Source of the DNA: an uncultured Verrucomicrobiae bacterium
Lineage (GTDB): Bacteria > Verrucomicrobiota > Verrucomicrobiia > Chthoniobacterales > JAFAMB01
Assembly (NCBI GenBank): GCA_963736745.1
Contig: CAVTQD010000057.1
Span: 52,678 to 116,677, forward strand
DNA length: 64,000 nt
Direction of reading: 5' to 3'
The translations under genes were made by a program, and so were the position numbers. Positions 40,286-49,586 of the stretch are shown here, piece by piece (the stretch's first letter is position 1; the number at the start of each line of letters is the position of its first letter). The notes beneath the pieces were generated by a model that searched no databases, was not told the origin of the DNA, and saw only the letters and a list, made by a program, of their open reading frames with translations.

Positions 40286-41434
40286 GTGAATCCGATCCAA
40301 TTATTTCTCGCGAATTTTGAAGCGAGCCTGTTCAACGAGCGGTTTCGCAAATTAACTTTGGGTAAGTTTCGGGGTCACCTTGAAGGCTTGGACCATATTT
40401 ATGTCCGTGCTGTCGCCTTGAAAGGCGGAGTGCATTTGAGTTTTCTGCACCGTTATCCGGATCGCGATTTGACTCAAAACTATCTCATACCGGACGGCGT
40501 ATCTTTAGTGCGAGATTGGTTAGGCAAATCTAGTTTGGCGGCGACGCTTTTCACGATCGACCAGCGCCAACAACTCCTATTCAATCGGCGAGGAAACCCA
40601 AGACTTTCGACCAGCTCTGCAGAACCGGTGGAAGCTTGCCTGCAGCATGATCGGGAAAAATCGCGCCTGTTGAAGGACGAAACATTTTTGAAACACCTCG
40701 GGGTCCTCGACACAGCTGGGAACCTGAAGACGAGGATGAGTGACAAATACCGGCAGATTCATCATTTTGTTGAATTGTTGGCGCCGGCTCTCCGAAGCCT
40801 GCCAATCGGAAGACCAATTCGGGTCGTCGATATGGGCTCAGGAAAAGGTTACCTGACGTTCGCGACTTGTGCTTTCCTCATTCAGGAAGGCTACAATGCC
40901 GAGGTCGTCGGCATCGAGAGGCGTCGTGAGCTGGTGGATCTGTGCAATCGGGTCGCTGCGCTGTGCGAATTCGGCGGTCTTCGCTTTGAGGTTGGTGAAA
41001 TTTCAGGATTCACTCTCGAGGGTGTCGATGTGGTGATCGCACTCCACGCGTGCGATACCGCGACCGATGACGCCATTTATCGTGGGATCGCCGCCAATGC
41101 CCAGCTGATATTCCTGGCGCCTTGCTGCCACAAAGAACTCCGGCCACAACTGTTGCCGCCGAAGAACATCGCCCCGTTGTTCAGGCATGGGATACAAGCA
41201 GAGCGAATGGCGGAAGCCATAACCGACGCGCTCAGATGCATGTACCTTGAGGCCAGCGGATACTCGACAACGATCCAGGAGTTTATCGCGTTGGAGCATA
41301 CAAAAAAGAACCTTCTGATCAGTGCCGAGAAAAATCAAAAGATCGCTGACCTCGACCTGCTATTTCAGAAGGCTTCAGACTTTCAGGCGATATTCGGAAT
41401 CACGCACCAACGCCTTGGGGAACTCTTAAGGTAG
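40286..41434 (+). CDS. SAM-dependent methyltransferase (class I)
   Basis: 382 aa, GTG start. SAM-binding VVDMGSGKGYLTFA and downstream VVIALHACDTATD. It starts 15 nt after the dinG stop. The target is unknown. Confidence 0.7.
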   Translation: MNPIQLFLANFEASLFNERFRKLTLGKFRGHLEGLDHIYVRAVALKGGVHLSFLHRYPDRDLTQNYLIPDGVSLVRDWLGKSSLAATLFTIDQRQQLLFNRRGNPRLSTSSAEPVEACLQHDREKSRLLKDETFLKHLGVLDTAGNLKTRMSDKYRQIHHFVELLAPALRSLPIGRPIRVVDMGSGKGYLTFATCAFLIQEGYNAEVVGIERRRELVDLCNRVAALCEFGGLRFEVGEISGFTLEGVDVVIALHACDTATDDAIYRGIAANAQLIFLAPCCHKELRPQLLPPKNIAPLFRHGIQAERMAEAITDALRCMYLEASGYSTTIQEFIALEHTKKNLLISAEKNQKIADLDLLFQKASDFQAIFGITHQRLGELLR

Positions 41435-41448
41435 CCCGCACGCGGGCT
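41433..41448. terminator. GC-rich hairpin between convergent genes (possible terminator, no U-tract)
   Basis: agcccg-cacg-cgggct gives a 6-bp GC stem with a 4-nt loop, directly at the methyltransferase stop. It lacks a canonical T-run on either strand. Confidence 0.3.
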
Positions 41449-41473
41449 CAAAACGTTCCGCTATGGCTATTTC

Positions 41474-41518
41474 CCTCCTGACTCCTACTCCTGCTCCTAC
41501 TCCTGACTCCTGACTCCT
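41474..41518. repeat. Tandem CTCCT(G/A)(A) hexa/heptamer array (~7 units)
   Basis: cctcctgactcctactcctgctcctactcctgactcctgactcc, immediately downstream of the sigma54 regulator stop (41525). It uses the same word family as 36898-36943 and 47762-47782. Confidence 0.7.
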
Positions 41519-41524
41519 TGATCC

Positions 41525-42862
41525 CTACAACTTTTTCTTTCGGCGGTATAACGTGGCCGGATCGACACCGAGAACGGCGGCTGCCTCATCGATGGTCCGC
41601 GAGGTGGCAATCACTCTTCGCATGTGTTCGTTCTCGAGTTCTTCAAGAGTCACATTGCCCCCAAGTCGAAGCTCGGAACGCACCTCGGCTATCTCGGCAA
41701 AATCGTTTGCGCCAATCTCAGCTCCGCTTTCGAGGATAACGGCACGCTCGATGAGATTACGCAATTCCCGAAGATTGCCAGGCCAGTTGTACGATCTCAT
41801 CGTTTCAAGAGCCTCTGCGGAAAAGCCGCTAAATTGTTTCCCTGCTCGATAAGCAAAGAAATCGAGATGCCGTTTCGCAATCCGTTCCAGGTCTTGAAGA
41901 CGCTCCCTCAACGGCGGTAGGCGAACGGTAATCACATTGAGGCGGTAGTAAAGATCCTGGCGAAATCGTCCCTCACGAACGGCCTCCGCAAGGTCCCGGT
42001 TCGTGGCTGAAATGACCCGCACGTTTGCCCGGCGCGGTTTAGCCTCGCCAACGCGATCGTATTCCCGCTCCTGCAAAAGTCGCAGCAGCTTGGACTGGAT
42101 TTCCAAAGGCAGATCGCCAATTTCATCCAGCAAAAGCGTCCCGCCATCCGCAGCGGCAACTTTCCCTTGGGTGTCCGTAAGAGCGCCGGTAAACGCCCCT
42201 TTGACATGGCCGAAAAGCTCACTCTCCAGAAGCTCACGGGAAAGACTCGGACAACTGACCGTCACAAAAGCGTGCCCCTTTCTAGGGCTGCGAGCATGCA
42301 TTCCTCTAGCCAAGACACTTTTGCCCGTGCCGCTTTCTCCAAGAATGAGAACGGTGGCGTCGCTGTTTGCAGCCTTAAATGCCATATCGATCACGGCCTG
42401 CATTGCCGGCGAATCAGTCGTCAAATCGACTTCCGGCGACTCAGCGTTGAGCTGCGACTCCAGTTCGACGACCCGATTCTCCAACCGCTTTGTACGTTCG
42501 ATTCTGGCAAGCACCTGGCGGACCTGTTCCGGAGTGCAGGGCTTTGGGAGATAATCGAAAGCGCCACGGCGCATTGCTTCCACCGCTGTATCGATGGAAG
42601 CAAAGGCCGTGACAATCACAACGGCGGCTTGGGGCGAGAGGCGCAAAATCTCTTCGAGCACATCGAGCCCGCTTTCTTGATGGAGTTTCAGGTCCAGAAA
42701 GACGACGTCGAAACCTGCGTTCTTCAACTCTTTAAAAGCTTCTGCACCGGAGGCCACACAGACGGCATCGTGGTCCATCGACTCGACTGCCATGGCCATC
42801 GTTCGCCTGATATTTTTTTCGTCGTCGACTATTAAGTCCGCATACCCTCTGCATGGACCCAA
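41525..42862 (-). CDS. Sigma54-dependent response regulator (NtrC family: REC + AAA+ + HTH)
   Basis: 445 aa, TTG start. Receiver domain (LIVDDE..., FLDLKL), Walker A GESGTGKS, ESELFGH, GAFTGA-like loop KGAFTGA, and a C-terminal HTH. No sensor kinase is adjacent. Confidence 0.9.
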   Translation of the reverse strand: MGPCRGYADLIVDDEKNIRRTMAMAVESMDHDAVCVASGAEAFKELKNAGFDVVFLDLKLHQESGLDVLEEILRLSPQAAVVIVTAFASIDTAVEAMRRGAFDYLPKPCTPEQVRQVLARIERTKRLENRVVELESQLNAESPEVDLTTDSPAMQAVIDMAFKAANSDATVLILGESGTGKSVLARGMHARSPRKGHAFVTVSCPSLSRELLESELFGHVKGAFTGALTDTQGKVAAADGGTLLLDEIGDLPLEIQSKLLRLLQEREYDRVGEAKPRRANVRVISATNRDLAEAVREGRFRQDLYYRLNVITVRLPPLRERLQDLERIAKRHLDFFAYRAGKQFSGFSAEALETMRSYNWPGNLRELRNLIERAVILESGAEIGANDFAEIAEVRSELRLGGNVTLEELENEHMRRVIATSRTIDEAAAVLGVDPATLYRRKKKL

Positions 42863-42979
42863 TTTGGCAACAGTTCAAAAAATCGCAATTTCTGCGTATC
42901 GCTGCGAAAAAAAGCCTTCCATCAGCAGATGAATCCCTTGCCTGCTTTCGACTCCGGTGTTTACAGGGTCATCGGCAGC

Positions 42980-43273
42980 CTAGTGCACCGTCTCCTAAAT
43001 CCCTTGGGCTTCGTTGCGTTCAAAATGGGTCGTCTGCGAGGCGGGAGGAAGGAGCATATCTTGATCGATACGTGACTGACGACCAACGAAGCAGCCGACC
43101 CATTTTCAACGCAACCCTGTGGGCCGCGGCCGGTGGGCTGTTTTTCCGCGTTGCTCGCTCGACCGCTATGATCCAGAGAGCGGCGCTTTACCGCCAGTCC
43201 GGCTCGGACCGCCTTGAAAAACAGCCAACTGACCTGCGGCGAAGCCCAAGGGATTTAGGAGACGATGCACTAG
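42980..43273. repeat. 294-bp palindromic element: 34-bp terminal inverted repeats enclosing two internal hairpins
   Basis: Arms 42980-43013 and 43240-43273 pair at 33/34 positions (mismatch 42988/43265). The inner stem 43014-43032/43096-43114 pairs at 18/19. A second inner stem 43136-43146/43216-43226 pairs at 11/11. I counted all pairs base by base. Confidence 0.8.
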
Positions 43274-43319
43274 AGTTTCGGCTTTGCAAAAATCTAACCA
43301 AAAAAACCACTCGGTTCGC

Positions 43320-43348
43320 TTGACATGTAAAACGCGGCCCTGTTAATC
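43320..43348 (+). promoter_or_regulatory. Candidate sigma70-type promoter for the sugar ABC operon
   Basis: TTGACA (43320-43325), a 17-nt spacer, then TTAATC (43343-43348), ~40 nt upstream of ATG 43387. This is a pattern match only. Confidence 0.3.
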
Positions 43349-43386
43349 GTTAGAAAGTTCACTCCCACCTGGAAAGGTTTCCCTCG

Positions 43387-44682
43387 ATGCGCTCCCAAAC
43401 AGATTCTCTTAGTCGAAATGCCGTCCGATGGTTCGGCTCACTTGTCATAGCTTCATTAATTACTCCTACCGTTTTCGGCGCCGGTGCTACCATCCGGTTT
43501 GCAGGCGACTCGGACGTTGGAGAAGGCGGTCGTTGGACCAGAAAGGTTGCTGAAGAGTGGGCTCAAAAAACGGGCAACAAGCTCGAATACATCAGCAGAC
43601 CCAATGACGCTTCTGCAACCCTTCAGTTATTTCAACAGTACTGGGCGGCAAAAAGCGGGGACGTCGACGTCTTCATGGTCGACGTTATCTGGCAGGGCAT
43701 CGCCGGCCCGCACGCTGTTGATCTGAAGAAGTATTTCAAAGACGACGAGATCAAGGCTTTCTTTCCGCGCATTATTCAGAACAACACGGTGAATGGGAAG
43801 TTGGTTTCGATCCCATGGTTCACAGACGCCGGATTGCTTTACTACCGCACGGATCTTCTGCAGAAATACGGTTACAAGGAGCCGCCCAAGACTTGGGAAG
43901 AACTCACCGAGATGGCGAAGAAGATTCAGGACGGTGAGAGAAAAGATGGTAAAGCCGATTTTCAGGGCTTTGTTTTTCAAGGAAAAGCCAGTGAAAGCGT
44001 GACCTGCAATGCGATCGAATGGATCTACAGCTATGGCGGAGGCACCATCGTGGAGCCCGACAAAAAAGTCACAATCAATAATCCAAAAGCAATCAAGGCG
44101 CTCGACACCGCGAAGAGCTGGGTAGGAACTATTTCACCTCTTGGTGTAACCACCTACGGAGAAGAAGAAGCCCGCAATATTTGGCAAGCCGGCAACGCCG
44201 CCTTCATGCGGAACTGGCCGTATGCCTACTCGTTAGGTCAAGACCCAAAGAGCTCGATTGCCGGAAAATTTGATGTCACGGTTCTCCCGAAGGGCGGTGA
44301 AGATGGCAAGAACGCTGCATGCCTGGGTGGCTGGCAACTGATGGTCTCCGCCTACTCGAAGGTTCCAGATGTGGCAGCGGATCTGGTAAAATATTTGACC
44401 TCCGCAGATCTCCAGAAGAAGCACGCGGTCGACATCAGTCTCCTTCCAACCATGCCTGCGCTTTATTCTGACTCAGATGTGCTTGCGAAGAATCCATTCT
44501 TCAAAAACCTTCTTCCGGTCCTTGAGAATGCAGTCGCTCGGCCTTCAACGGTCACCGGGGCGGACTACAATCAGATTTCGACCGCCTTCTTCCAAAACGT
44601 GAACAAGGTGCTCTCGGGTGGCTCGTCCGCACAAGACGCAGTCGCAGCCGTTGAGAAGGTTGCGAAACGTATCGTCCGCTAA
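43387..44682 (+). CDS. Sugar ABC transporter substrate-binding protein (family 1, CUT1-type)
   Basis: 431 aa with an N-terminal signal/anchor and full-length SBP_bac_1-like layout ([21 protein letters not shown]). It is followed by two MalF/MalG-type permeases. Confidence 0.88.
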   Translation: MRSQTDSLSRNAVRWFGSLVIASLITPTVFGAGATIRFAGDSDVGEGGRWTRKVAEEWAQKTGNKLEYISRPNDASATLQLFQQYWAAKSGDVDVFMVDVIWQGIAGPHAVDLKKYFKDDEIKAFFPRIIQNNTVNGKLVSIPWFTDAGLLYYRTDLLQKYGYKEPPKTWEELTEMAKKIQDGERKDGKADFQGFVFQGKASESVTCNAIEWIYSYGGGTIVEPDKKVTINNPKAIKALDTAKSWVGTISPLGVTTYGEEEARNIWQAGNAAFMRNWPYAYSLGQDPKSSIAGKFDVTVLPKGGEDGKNAACLGGWQLMVSAYSKVPDVAADLVKYLTSADLQKKHAVDISLLPTMPALYSDSDVLAKNPFFKNLLPVLENAVARPSTVTGADYNQISTAFFQNVNKVLSGGSSAQDAVAAVEKVAKRIVR

Positions 44683-44707
44683 ACTTCGGGTTCACAAATC
44701 CTGAAAC

Positions 44708-45595
44708 GTGGCCAGAGAAATTGATCTTCTAGAGCGCCAGAGGCGCTTGGCGTGGTATCTGATCCTCCCCGCGGTATTCGTGGTATTCCTGGTCATCGGG
44801 TTTCCCCTTTTCCAGGTCTTTTACTATTCGTTTTTGAAATACAAGCTCGACGGTGTCACCCCGTCGAGCTTCGTGGGGCTCGACAATTACGCCTTTATAT
44901 TCTCAGACGGCGATTTTTGGCACGCGGTCTGGGTGACTCTGGTATTTTCCTTCTTCTCGGTCACGATTGAGGCCGTTCTGGGGCTGACAGTCGCGCTGGT
45001 CGCCAACTCGAAGTTCAAAGGCCGAACCATTTTGCGGGTCGCTATTTTGATTCCATGGGCGATCCCAACCGTCGTTTCGTCTCAGATATGGAGCTGGATG
45101 TTCAACGACATTTATGGAGTCGTGAACGTGATCCTTGCGAATCTGCACATCATCCCGCATAAGCTCGCATGGCTGTCAAAGCCTGAGACCGCGCTGCCGG
45201 TGATCATCGCGGTGGATGTCTGGAAGACGACCCCCTTTATGTCCCTCCTTCTACTTGCCGGATTGCAGTTGATTCCGGGCGACCTGTATGAGGCGGCGGC
45301 GATTGATGGGGCAACCGGACTTCGTACGTTCTTTGCAATCACGCTTCCGCTTGTTACTCCGACATTGCTCGTTGCTCTTATCTTCAGAACCCTTGATGCG
45401 TTGCGCGTGTTCGACATTTTTTACATCATGGTTGGAGGCCAGGGAAACATGGCGACCGTGGCGGTCTACAACCAACAAGAACTTATCCAGTTCCTGGATG
45501 CAGGGGTCGGTTCTGCGACCTCTGTCGTTATCCTCTTATTCATCATGATTTTCGTGGTGCTTTACACTCGCTTAAGCAAGACCAGCTTTGAATGA
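44708..45595 (+). CDS. Sugar ABC transporter permease (MalF-type)
   Basis: 295 aa, 6 TM segments, EAA loop EAAAIDGATGLRTFFAITLP. Confidence 0.9.
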   Translation: MAREIDLLERQRRLAWYLILPAVFVVFLVIGFPLFQVFYYSFLKYKLDGVTPSSFVGLDNYAFIFSDGDFWHAVWVTLVFSFFSVTIEAVLGLTVALVANSKFKGRTILRVAILIPWAIPTVVSSQIWSWMFNDIYGVVNVILANLHIIPHKLAWLSKPETALPVIIAVDVWKTTPFMSLLLLAGLQLIPGDLYEAAAIDGATGLRTFFAITLPLVTPTLLVALIFRTLDALRVFDIFYIMVGGQGNMATVAVYNQQELIQFLDAGVGSATSVVILLFIMIFVVLYTRLSKTSFE

Positions 45596-46434
45596 AAGAC
45601 CCAGATAACCATCCCTTTTTGCTGCGAGTGTTGTTTTATCTCCTCGTGGCTGTCATTCTCGTTTTTAATCTCTTTCCGTTTCTTTACGCGCTCCTCTCGT
45701 CGTTCCGGCCCAGTAACGATCTTTTCTCAACTGATCTCTGGCCGAAAGCTCTCGGCCTCGATCATTACCAGGCCGTCTTCAAGGATGCTCGTTTTGTCGG
45801 GAGTCTTATTAACTCCGTTATCGTAGCGGGGTCTACCGTATTAATCTCGCTCGCCCTCGGGAGCATATGCGCCTACGCGCTAGGCCGCCTTCCTTTTCGA
45901 TTCAAAGCGCCGGTGCTTTACCTTGTGCTCACGATGACGATGTTTCCGTCGATCTCGGTGCTGTCGGGTTTGTTCGTCATGCTAAAGGCGTTGAGCCTCT
46001 TCAACACGCGGCAAGGACTTGTCGTGACTTACCTGATTTTTACGATGCCGTTCACGATCTGGGTGATGACTCAGTATTTCCGCAGCCTACCGAAAGAGCT
46101 CGAGGAAGCCGCTTACGTTGACGGTGCCTCGCCGCTGACTGTTTTCTGGCAGATTTTGTTGCCATTGACGATGCCCGGCCTGATTTCTACCGGTCTTCTG
46201 GCTTTCATTGCTGCTTGGAACGAATTTTTGTTCGCCCTGACGTTTACCGTCACGGACACGATGAAAACCGTTCCGGTCGTCATCTCCCAATTTAGCGGCA
46301 CGAGCGCATTCGAGCAGCCTTGGGGCTCTATCATGGCAGCTTCCATGGTGGTGACAATCCCGCTGGTAATCCTGGTAATGATCTTCCAATACCGAATCGT
46401 GGCAGGCCTCACCGCTGGCGCCGTAAAAGGCTAG
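45592..46434 (+). CDS. Sugar ABC transporter permease (MalG-type)
   Basis: 280 aa, EAA loop EAAYVDGASPLTVFWQILLP. It has an ATGA overlap with the preceding permease. No ATPase gene follows. Confidence 0.9.
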   Translation: MKDPDNHPFLLRVLFYLLVAVILVFNLFPFLYALLSSFRPSNDLFSTDLWPKALGLDHYQAVFKDARFVGSLINSVIVAGSTVLISLALGSICAYALGRLPFRFKAPVLYLVLTMTMFPSISVLSGLFVMLKALSLFNTRQGLVVTYLIFTMPFTIWVMTQYFRSLPKELEEAAYVDGASPLTVFWQILLPLTMPGLISTGLLAFIAAWNEFLFALTFTVTDTMKTVPVVISQFSGTSAFEQPWGSIMAASMVVTIPLVILVMIFQYRIVAGLTAGAVKG

Positions 46435-46619
46435 TGGCTTTTTCGCGCATCCGAAGCTCCTCGCCGTCGCCCCTTTGAAGCGGTAAGTGGCAACGCCTCG
46501 TTCAGGCCGGCGGGGTTCGGATCGGTAATAGCGCAAGAATTACCGTCGCTATTTTCTTGTTCGCTTTGCTTTGATCGATCCTGTGATCCGTTCCATCTTA
46601 GAAGGGGAGAATCGGAGAG

Positions 46620-47687
46620 ATGGCATTTAGATTTTATAGACAGGAAACCTTCCGGAAAGCGATTCCGCGAATTGCACGGGAACGAATCGATCATGTGATC
46701 GAATCGCTCAGTGCAAAACCGCACCCGGATGCGGATTCAATTCATGAAGCACGGAAGAACCTAAAATCCCTTCGCGCTCTATTGCGGCTGGCACGCGGTT
46801 CGATCGATGACGGCGTTAGAGTCCGCGAGAATAGCTTTTTTCGAGACACCGGGAGATCACTTTCAACCATCCGAGATACTGAAGCGCTTCTGGAAGCATT
46901 GGAGTACTTTCGAAAACGACATCCCGGTAGTTCGAGGCCTTCGACACCGAAGCAGGACTCAATTCGTGCCTTTATCGAAAAAACCCGCGAGGATATTCAA
47001 AAGAACCTGATTGTAGGGCTTGCACCTGGAGCACTCAAAAAGCTCGTGAGGGATCTCCGCGAAGCAAAGCGGCGCACCACTCTCTGGCACGAAGGCGTCC
47101 TGTTACAATCAGAGAATGAATGGGAGACTTTCGTTGGAAACGGACTCAGGCGAACATACCGGAAAGCCAAAAACCTCGTCTGGCAGTTTGAGGTGATTGG
47201 CCACGAAACAGTCGACGACAAAGCTTGGCACGAATTGAGGAAATGCGCCAAGGCGCTAGGCTACCAGTTGCGATTGCTGAAACCGATCTGGCCAGGGATG
47301 TTGAACTCGTTGGGGGACGAGATCGATCAATTGACGGATTGCCTGGGAGATGCCAATGACCTCTCCATTCTTTACGGGCGGATCTTGAACGAACCTTACG
47401 ACCGTTCGGGAACCCAGAAATGGGGAGAGACACGCCGGTTCTTCCTTCAATCCCTCGATGAGAGGAAGCAAAAGCTCCACTCGGAGGCCTTCAACCTCGC
47501 ACGGCTGATCTACACCGAAAAGCCGAGGCAATTTGAACGCCGGCTGGCAGAATATTGGCAGATCTGGCAATCGCAGGTAGAGATGAAAGATACCAGAAAG
47601 CCCGGCAAAGTCGGCCGTCAAGCAGATCGCCAAGAAAACGCAGAGCAAAAAGCCAAGGCAGAAGTGCTGGCTTCCTCCTCTTCTTGA
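46620..47687 (+). CDS. CHAD domain-containing protein
   Basis: 355 aa, all-helical, with recurring His/Arg/Lys motifs HEARKNLKSLRALLRL and WHELRKCAKALGYQLRLL typical of CHAD. Confidence 0.8.
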   Translation: MAFRFYRQETFRKAIPRIARERIDHVIESLSAKPHPDADSIHEARKNLKSLRALLRLARGSIDDGVRVRENSFFRDTGRSLSTIRDTEALLEALEYFRKRHPGSSRPSTPKQDSIRAFIEKTREDIQKNLIVGLAPGALKKLVRDLREAKRRTTLWHEGVLLQSENEWETFVGNGLRRTYRKAKNLVWQFEVIGHETVDDKAWHELRKCAKALGYQLRLLKPIWPGMLNSLGDEIDQLTDCLGDANDLSILYGRILNEPYDRSGTQKWGETRRFFLQSLDERKQKLHSEAFNLARLIYTEKPRQFERRLAEYWQIWQSQVEMKDTRKPGKVGRQADRQENAEQKAKAEVLASSSS

Positions 47688-47761
47688 TCACTACGGATTG
47701 GTAGTCCAGTTTCTGGATCAATTCGAGACCGTACGTAAAAGATGCCGTCCATTTCTCGATG

Positions 47762-47782
47762 CCTGACTCCTGAACTCCTGAG
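47762..47782. repeat. Short CTCCTGA-type repeat (2-3 units)
   Basis: cctgactcctgaactcctgag lies between the CHAD stop and the GGT-family start. It belongs to the same word family as 41474-41518. Confidence 0.5.
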
Positions 47783-47856
47783 CTATGCGAGTATCGGCCC
47801 CGTTTCCCTTTACCGGACCAAAATATGTTCGGACAGCCTCCGCCTGGCTCAATCCG

Positions 47857-49479
47857 ATGGGGCAACATGGGACTGTTACCTCTCCACACTACCTTGCTTC
47901 ACAAGCAGGACTCTCCATTTTGCAGCGAGGCGGTAACGCTATAGACGCGGCAATTGCCGCCGCCTCAACGCTATCGGTTGTCTATCCCCACATGGCGGCT
48001 CTCGGCGGGGACAACTTCTGGCTGATCTACAACTCGAAGACGGGAGAATTGCTCGGCCTGAATGCCAGCGGGCGATCAGGCCAAAAAGCGACAATTGCCT
48101 TTTACGCGAGCAAGCATTTACGGCGAATCCCGCCCCGAGGCTATTATGCGGCAAATACGGTGCCTGGTTGCCCATCAGGATGGGGCGAAGCGTACCGCTA
48201 CAGCAGAAATGCGCTCGGCACACAATTACTCTGGAAGGATCTCTTGGCCGACGCAATCTTATACGCTGAGACCGGTTGCCCGGTCAGCGCTTCGCTTGCC
48301 AAATGGCTGGAAATAAACATCAACACCGCAAACCTGGAACTCAACAACCTGCAACAATTTCCCGGGTTTCGGCAAATTTTCCTGAAATCGGACGGGTCAC
48401 CTTACCAGGTTGGAGAAGTGCTCCGGCAGCCTGACCTGTCGTCAACGCTTCGATCGCTGGCCGAACTGGGTCCAGAAGAATTTTATCAGGGTGAAATCAC
48501 CCGGAAAATCGTCGCTGACCTGGAGGCCCACGACGGAATGCTCTCTCTCAACGATTTCGCGCGTCATCAAGCGGACTGGGTGCAACCTATTTCGGCACCG
48601 TATCGAGATGGAATCGCGTTCAATTTACCGCCCAACTCGCAAGGGATGGCTTCTCTTTCGATCTTAAACATTCTCAATCAATTCGAGCCCGCCGAATCTC
48701 CTGAAGGCTCGGCTCCGTACTATCATCTGATCATCGAAGCGACAAAGGAAGCCTTTCGCGATCGCGACCGTTATCTGACCGACCCTGCATTTCAAAACAT
48801 TCCCTTGAAAGAGGTGCTTTCTCTTGAACATGGACAAATGCAGGCAGCGCGTATTCGCTCTGGCCAACCCGCGGCGGTTGCCGATCTAAAACCGCTCGAC
48901 GCAAACGGTGATACGATTTGGCTTGGCGTCGTTGATCAGGCCGGAAACGCCGTTTCACTAATCCAGAGTATCTATCACGATTTCGGTTCGGCAATTGTGC
49001 CCGCAGGAACCGGGGTGCTGCTGCAGAATCGGGGCTGTTATTTCTCTCTTGAGCCAGAACACGTTAACAGGCTCGAACCGGGCAAACGAACCTTTCACAC
49101 GCTAAATCCCGCAATGCTTTTCAAAGGAGGAAAGCCATTTTTAATCTATGGAACCATGGGCGGCGAAGGACAACCGCAAACCCAGGCCGCAGTCGTGACC
49201 CGTATCGTCGATCACAAGCTCTCGCCTCAAGACGCCATCGAGGCACCGCGGTGGTTATATGGACGAACCTGGGATGCAGCAACAAATAGCGTGCAATTGG
49301 AATCGCGTATTCCCGAGGAAGTTGCAGACGCTCTTCGCCGACTGGGGCATCCCATCTCAATTGTCGAACCTTACGCAAAAATCATGGGCCATGCCGGCGC
49401 GATCCTTATCGACCAGCAAACTCAAATGCAGTACGGCGCCAGCGACCCTCGTAGCGATGGGCTAGCCGCCTGCTATTGA
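47857..49479 (+). CDS. Gamma-glutamyltransferase family protein (no signal peptide)
   Basis: ORF 47785..49479 trimmed to ATG 47857 (MGQHGTVTSPHYLAS). Has the Ntn-hydrolase autoprocessing region DANGDTIWLGVVD and TMGGEGQPQ. The start choice is uncertain. Confidence 0.85.
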   Translation: MGQHGTVTSPHYLASQAGLSILQRGGNAIDAAIAAASTLSVVYPHMAALGGDNFWLIYNSKTGELLGLNASGRSGQKATIAFYASKHLRRIPPRGYYAANTVPGCPSGWGEAYRYSRNALGTQLLWKDLLADAILYAETGCPVSASLAKWLEININTANLELNNLQQFPGFRQIFLKSDGSPYQVGEVLRQPDLSSTLRSLAELGPEEFYQGEITRKIVADLEAHDGMLSLNDFARHQADWVQPISAPYRDGIAFNLPPNSQGMASLSILNILNQFEPAESPEGSAPYYHLIIEATKEAFRDRDRYLTDPAFQNIPLKEVLSLEHGQMQAARIRSGQPAAVADLKPLDANGDTIWLGVVDQAGNAVSLIQSIYHDFGSAIVPAGTGVLLQNRGCYFSLEPEHVNRLEPGKRTFHTLNPAMLFKGGKPFLIYGTMGGEGQPQTQAAVVTRIVDHKLSPQDAIEAPRWLYGRTWDAATNSVQLESRIPEEVADALRRLGHPISIVEPYAKIMGHAGAILIDQQTQMQYGASDPRSDGLAACY

Positions 49480-49553
49480 ACCTTTAGCCCAAAATCAAGG
49501 CTGAAACGCAGATTCCAATATTGATCTCAGAAGACCCCTTTTAAATCCGGACT

Positions 49554-49578
49554 CTTGATGGTTGCTTCGTTCGGCCAT
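49554..49578 (+). promoter_or_regulatory. Weak sigma32-like heat-shock promoter candidate upstream of hsp20-lon
   Basis: CTTGAT (49554-49559), a 13-nt spacer, then GGCCAT (49573-49578), compared with the consensus CTTGAA-N13-14-CCCCAT. It lies only ~9 nt from the annotated TTG start, so either the start or the promoter call is off. Confidence 0.2.
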
Positions 49579-49586
49579 CGCGTCCA

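Noticed and set aside
41474-41518. Tandem short repeats and palindromes considered as CRISPR arrays.
   Set aside because: The units are 6-7 nt with no spacers, the long palindromes occur as single inverted pairs rather than direct repeats, and no cas genes are present.
43038-43100. A GAAGCAGCC / GGAGGAAGGAGC stretch inside the palindrome that vaguely recalls the SRP RNA domain IV sequence.
   Set aside because: The GGAA tetraloop context and the symmetric-loop flanks of 4.5S/SRP RNA are absent, and the surrounding near-perfect 34-bp duplex is unlike SRP RNA.
42853-43323. A 156-codon ORF spanning the 294-bp palindrome.
   Set aside because: The ORF reads straight through both arms and both inner hairpins, so half of the 'protein' is the reverse complement of the other half. 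It has no family resemblance and no SD. It is better explained as a non-coding palindromic element.
46490-46540. A GGTTCGGATCGG string resembling a tRNA T-loop in the 186-nt gap after the sugar permease genes.
   Set aside because: There is no complementary T-stem, the loop lacks the conserved A58 position (TTCGGAT rather than TTCGAAT), and no acceptor or anticodon arms can be drawn. It is not a tRNA.
49484-49504. TTAGCC-N9-GGCTGA upstream of hsp20-lon, reminiscent of a CIRCE/HrcA operator.
   Set aside because: CIRCE has 9-bp arms (TTAGCACTC-N9-GAGTGCTAA). Here only 5-6 bp arms with one mismatch are present, which is too short and degenerate to call.
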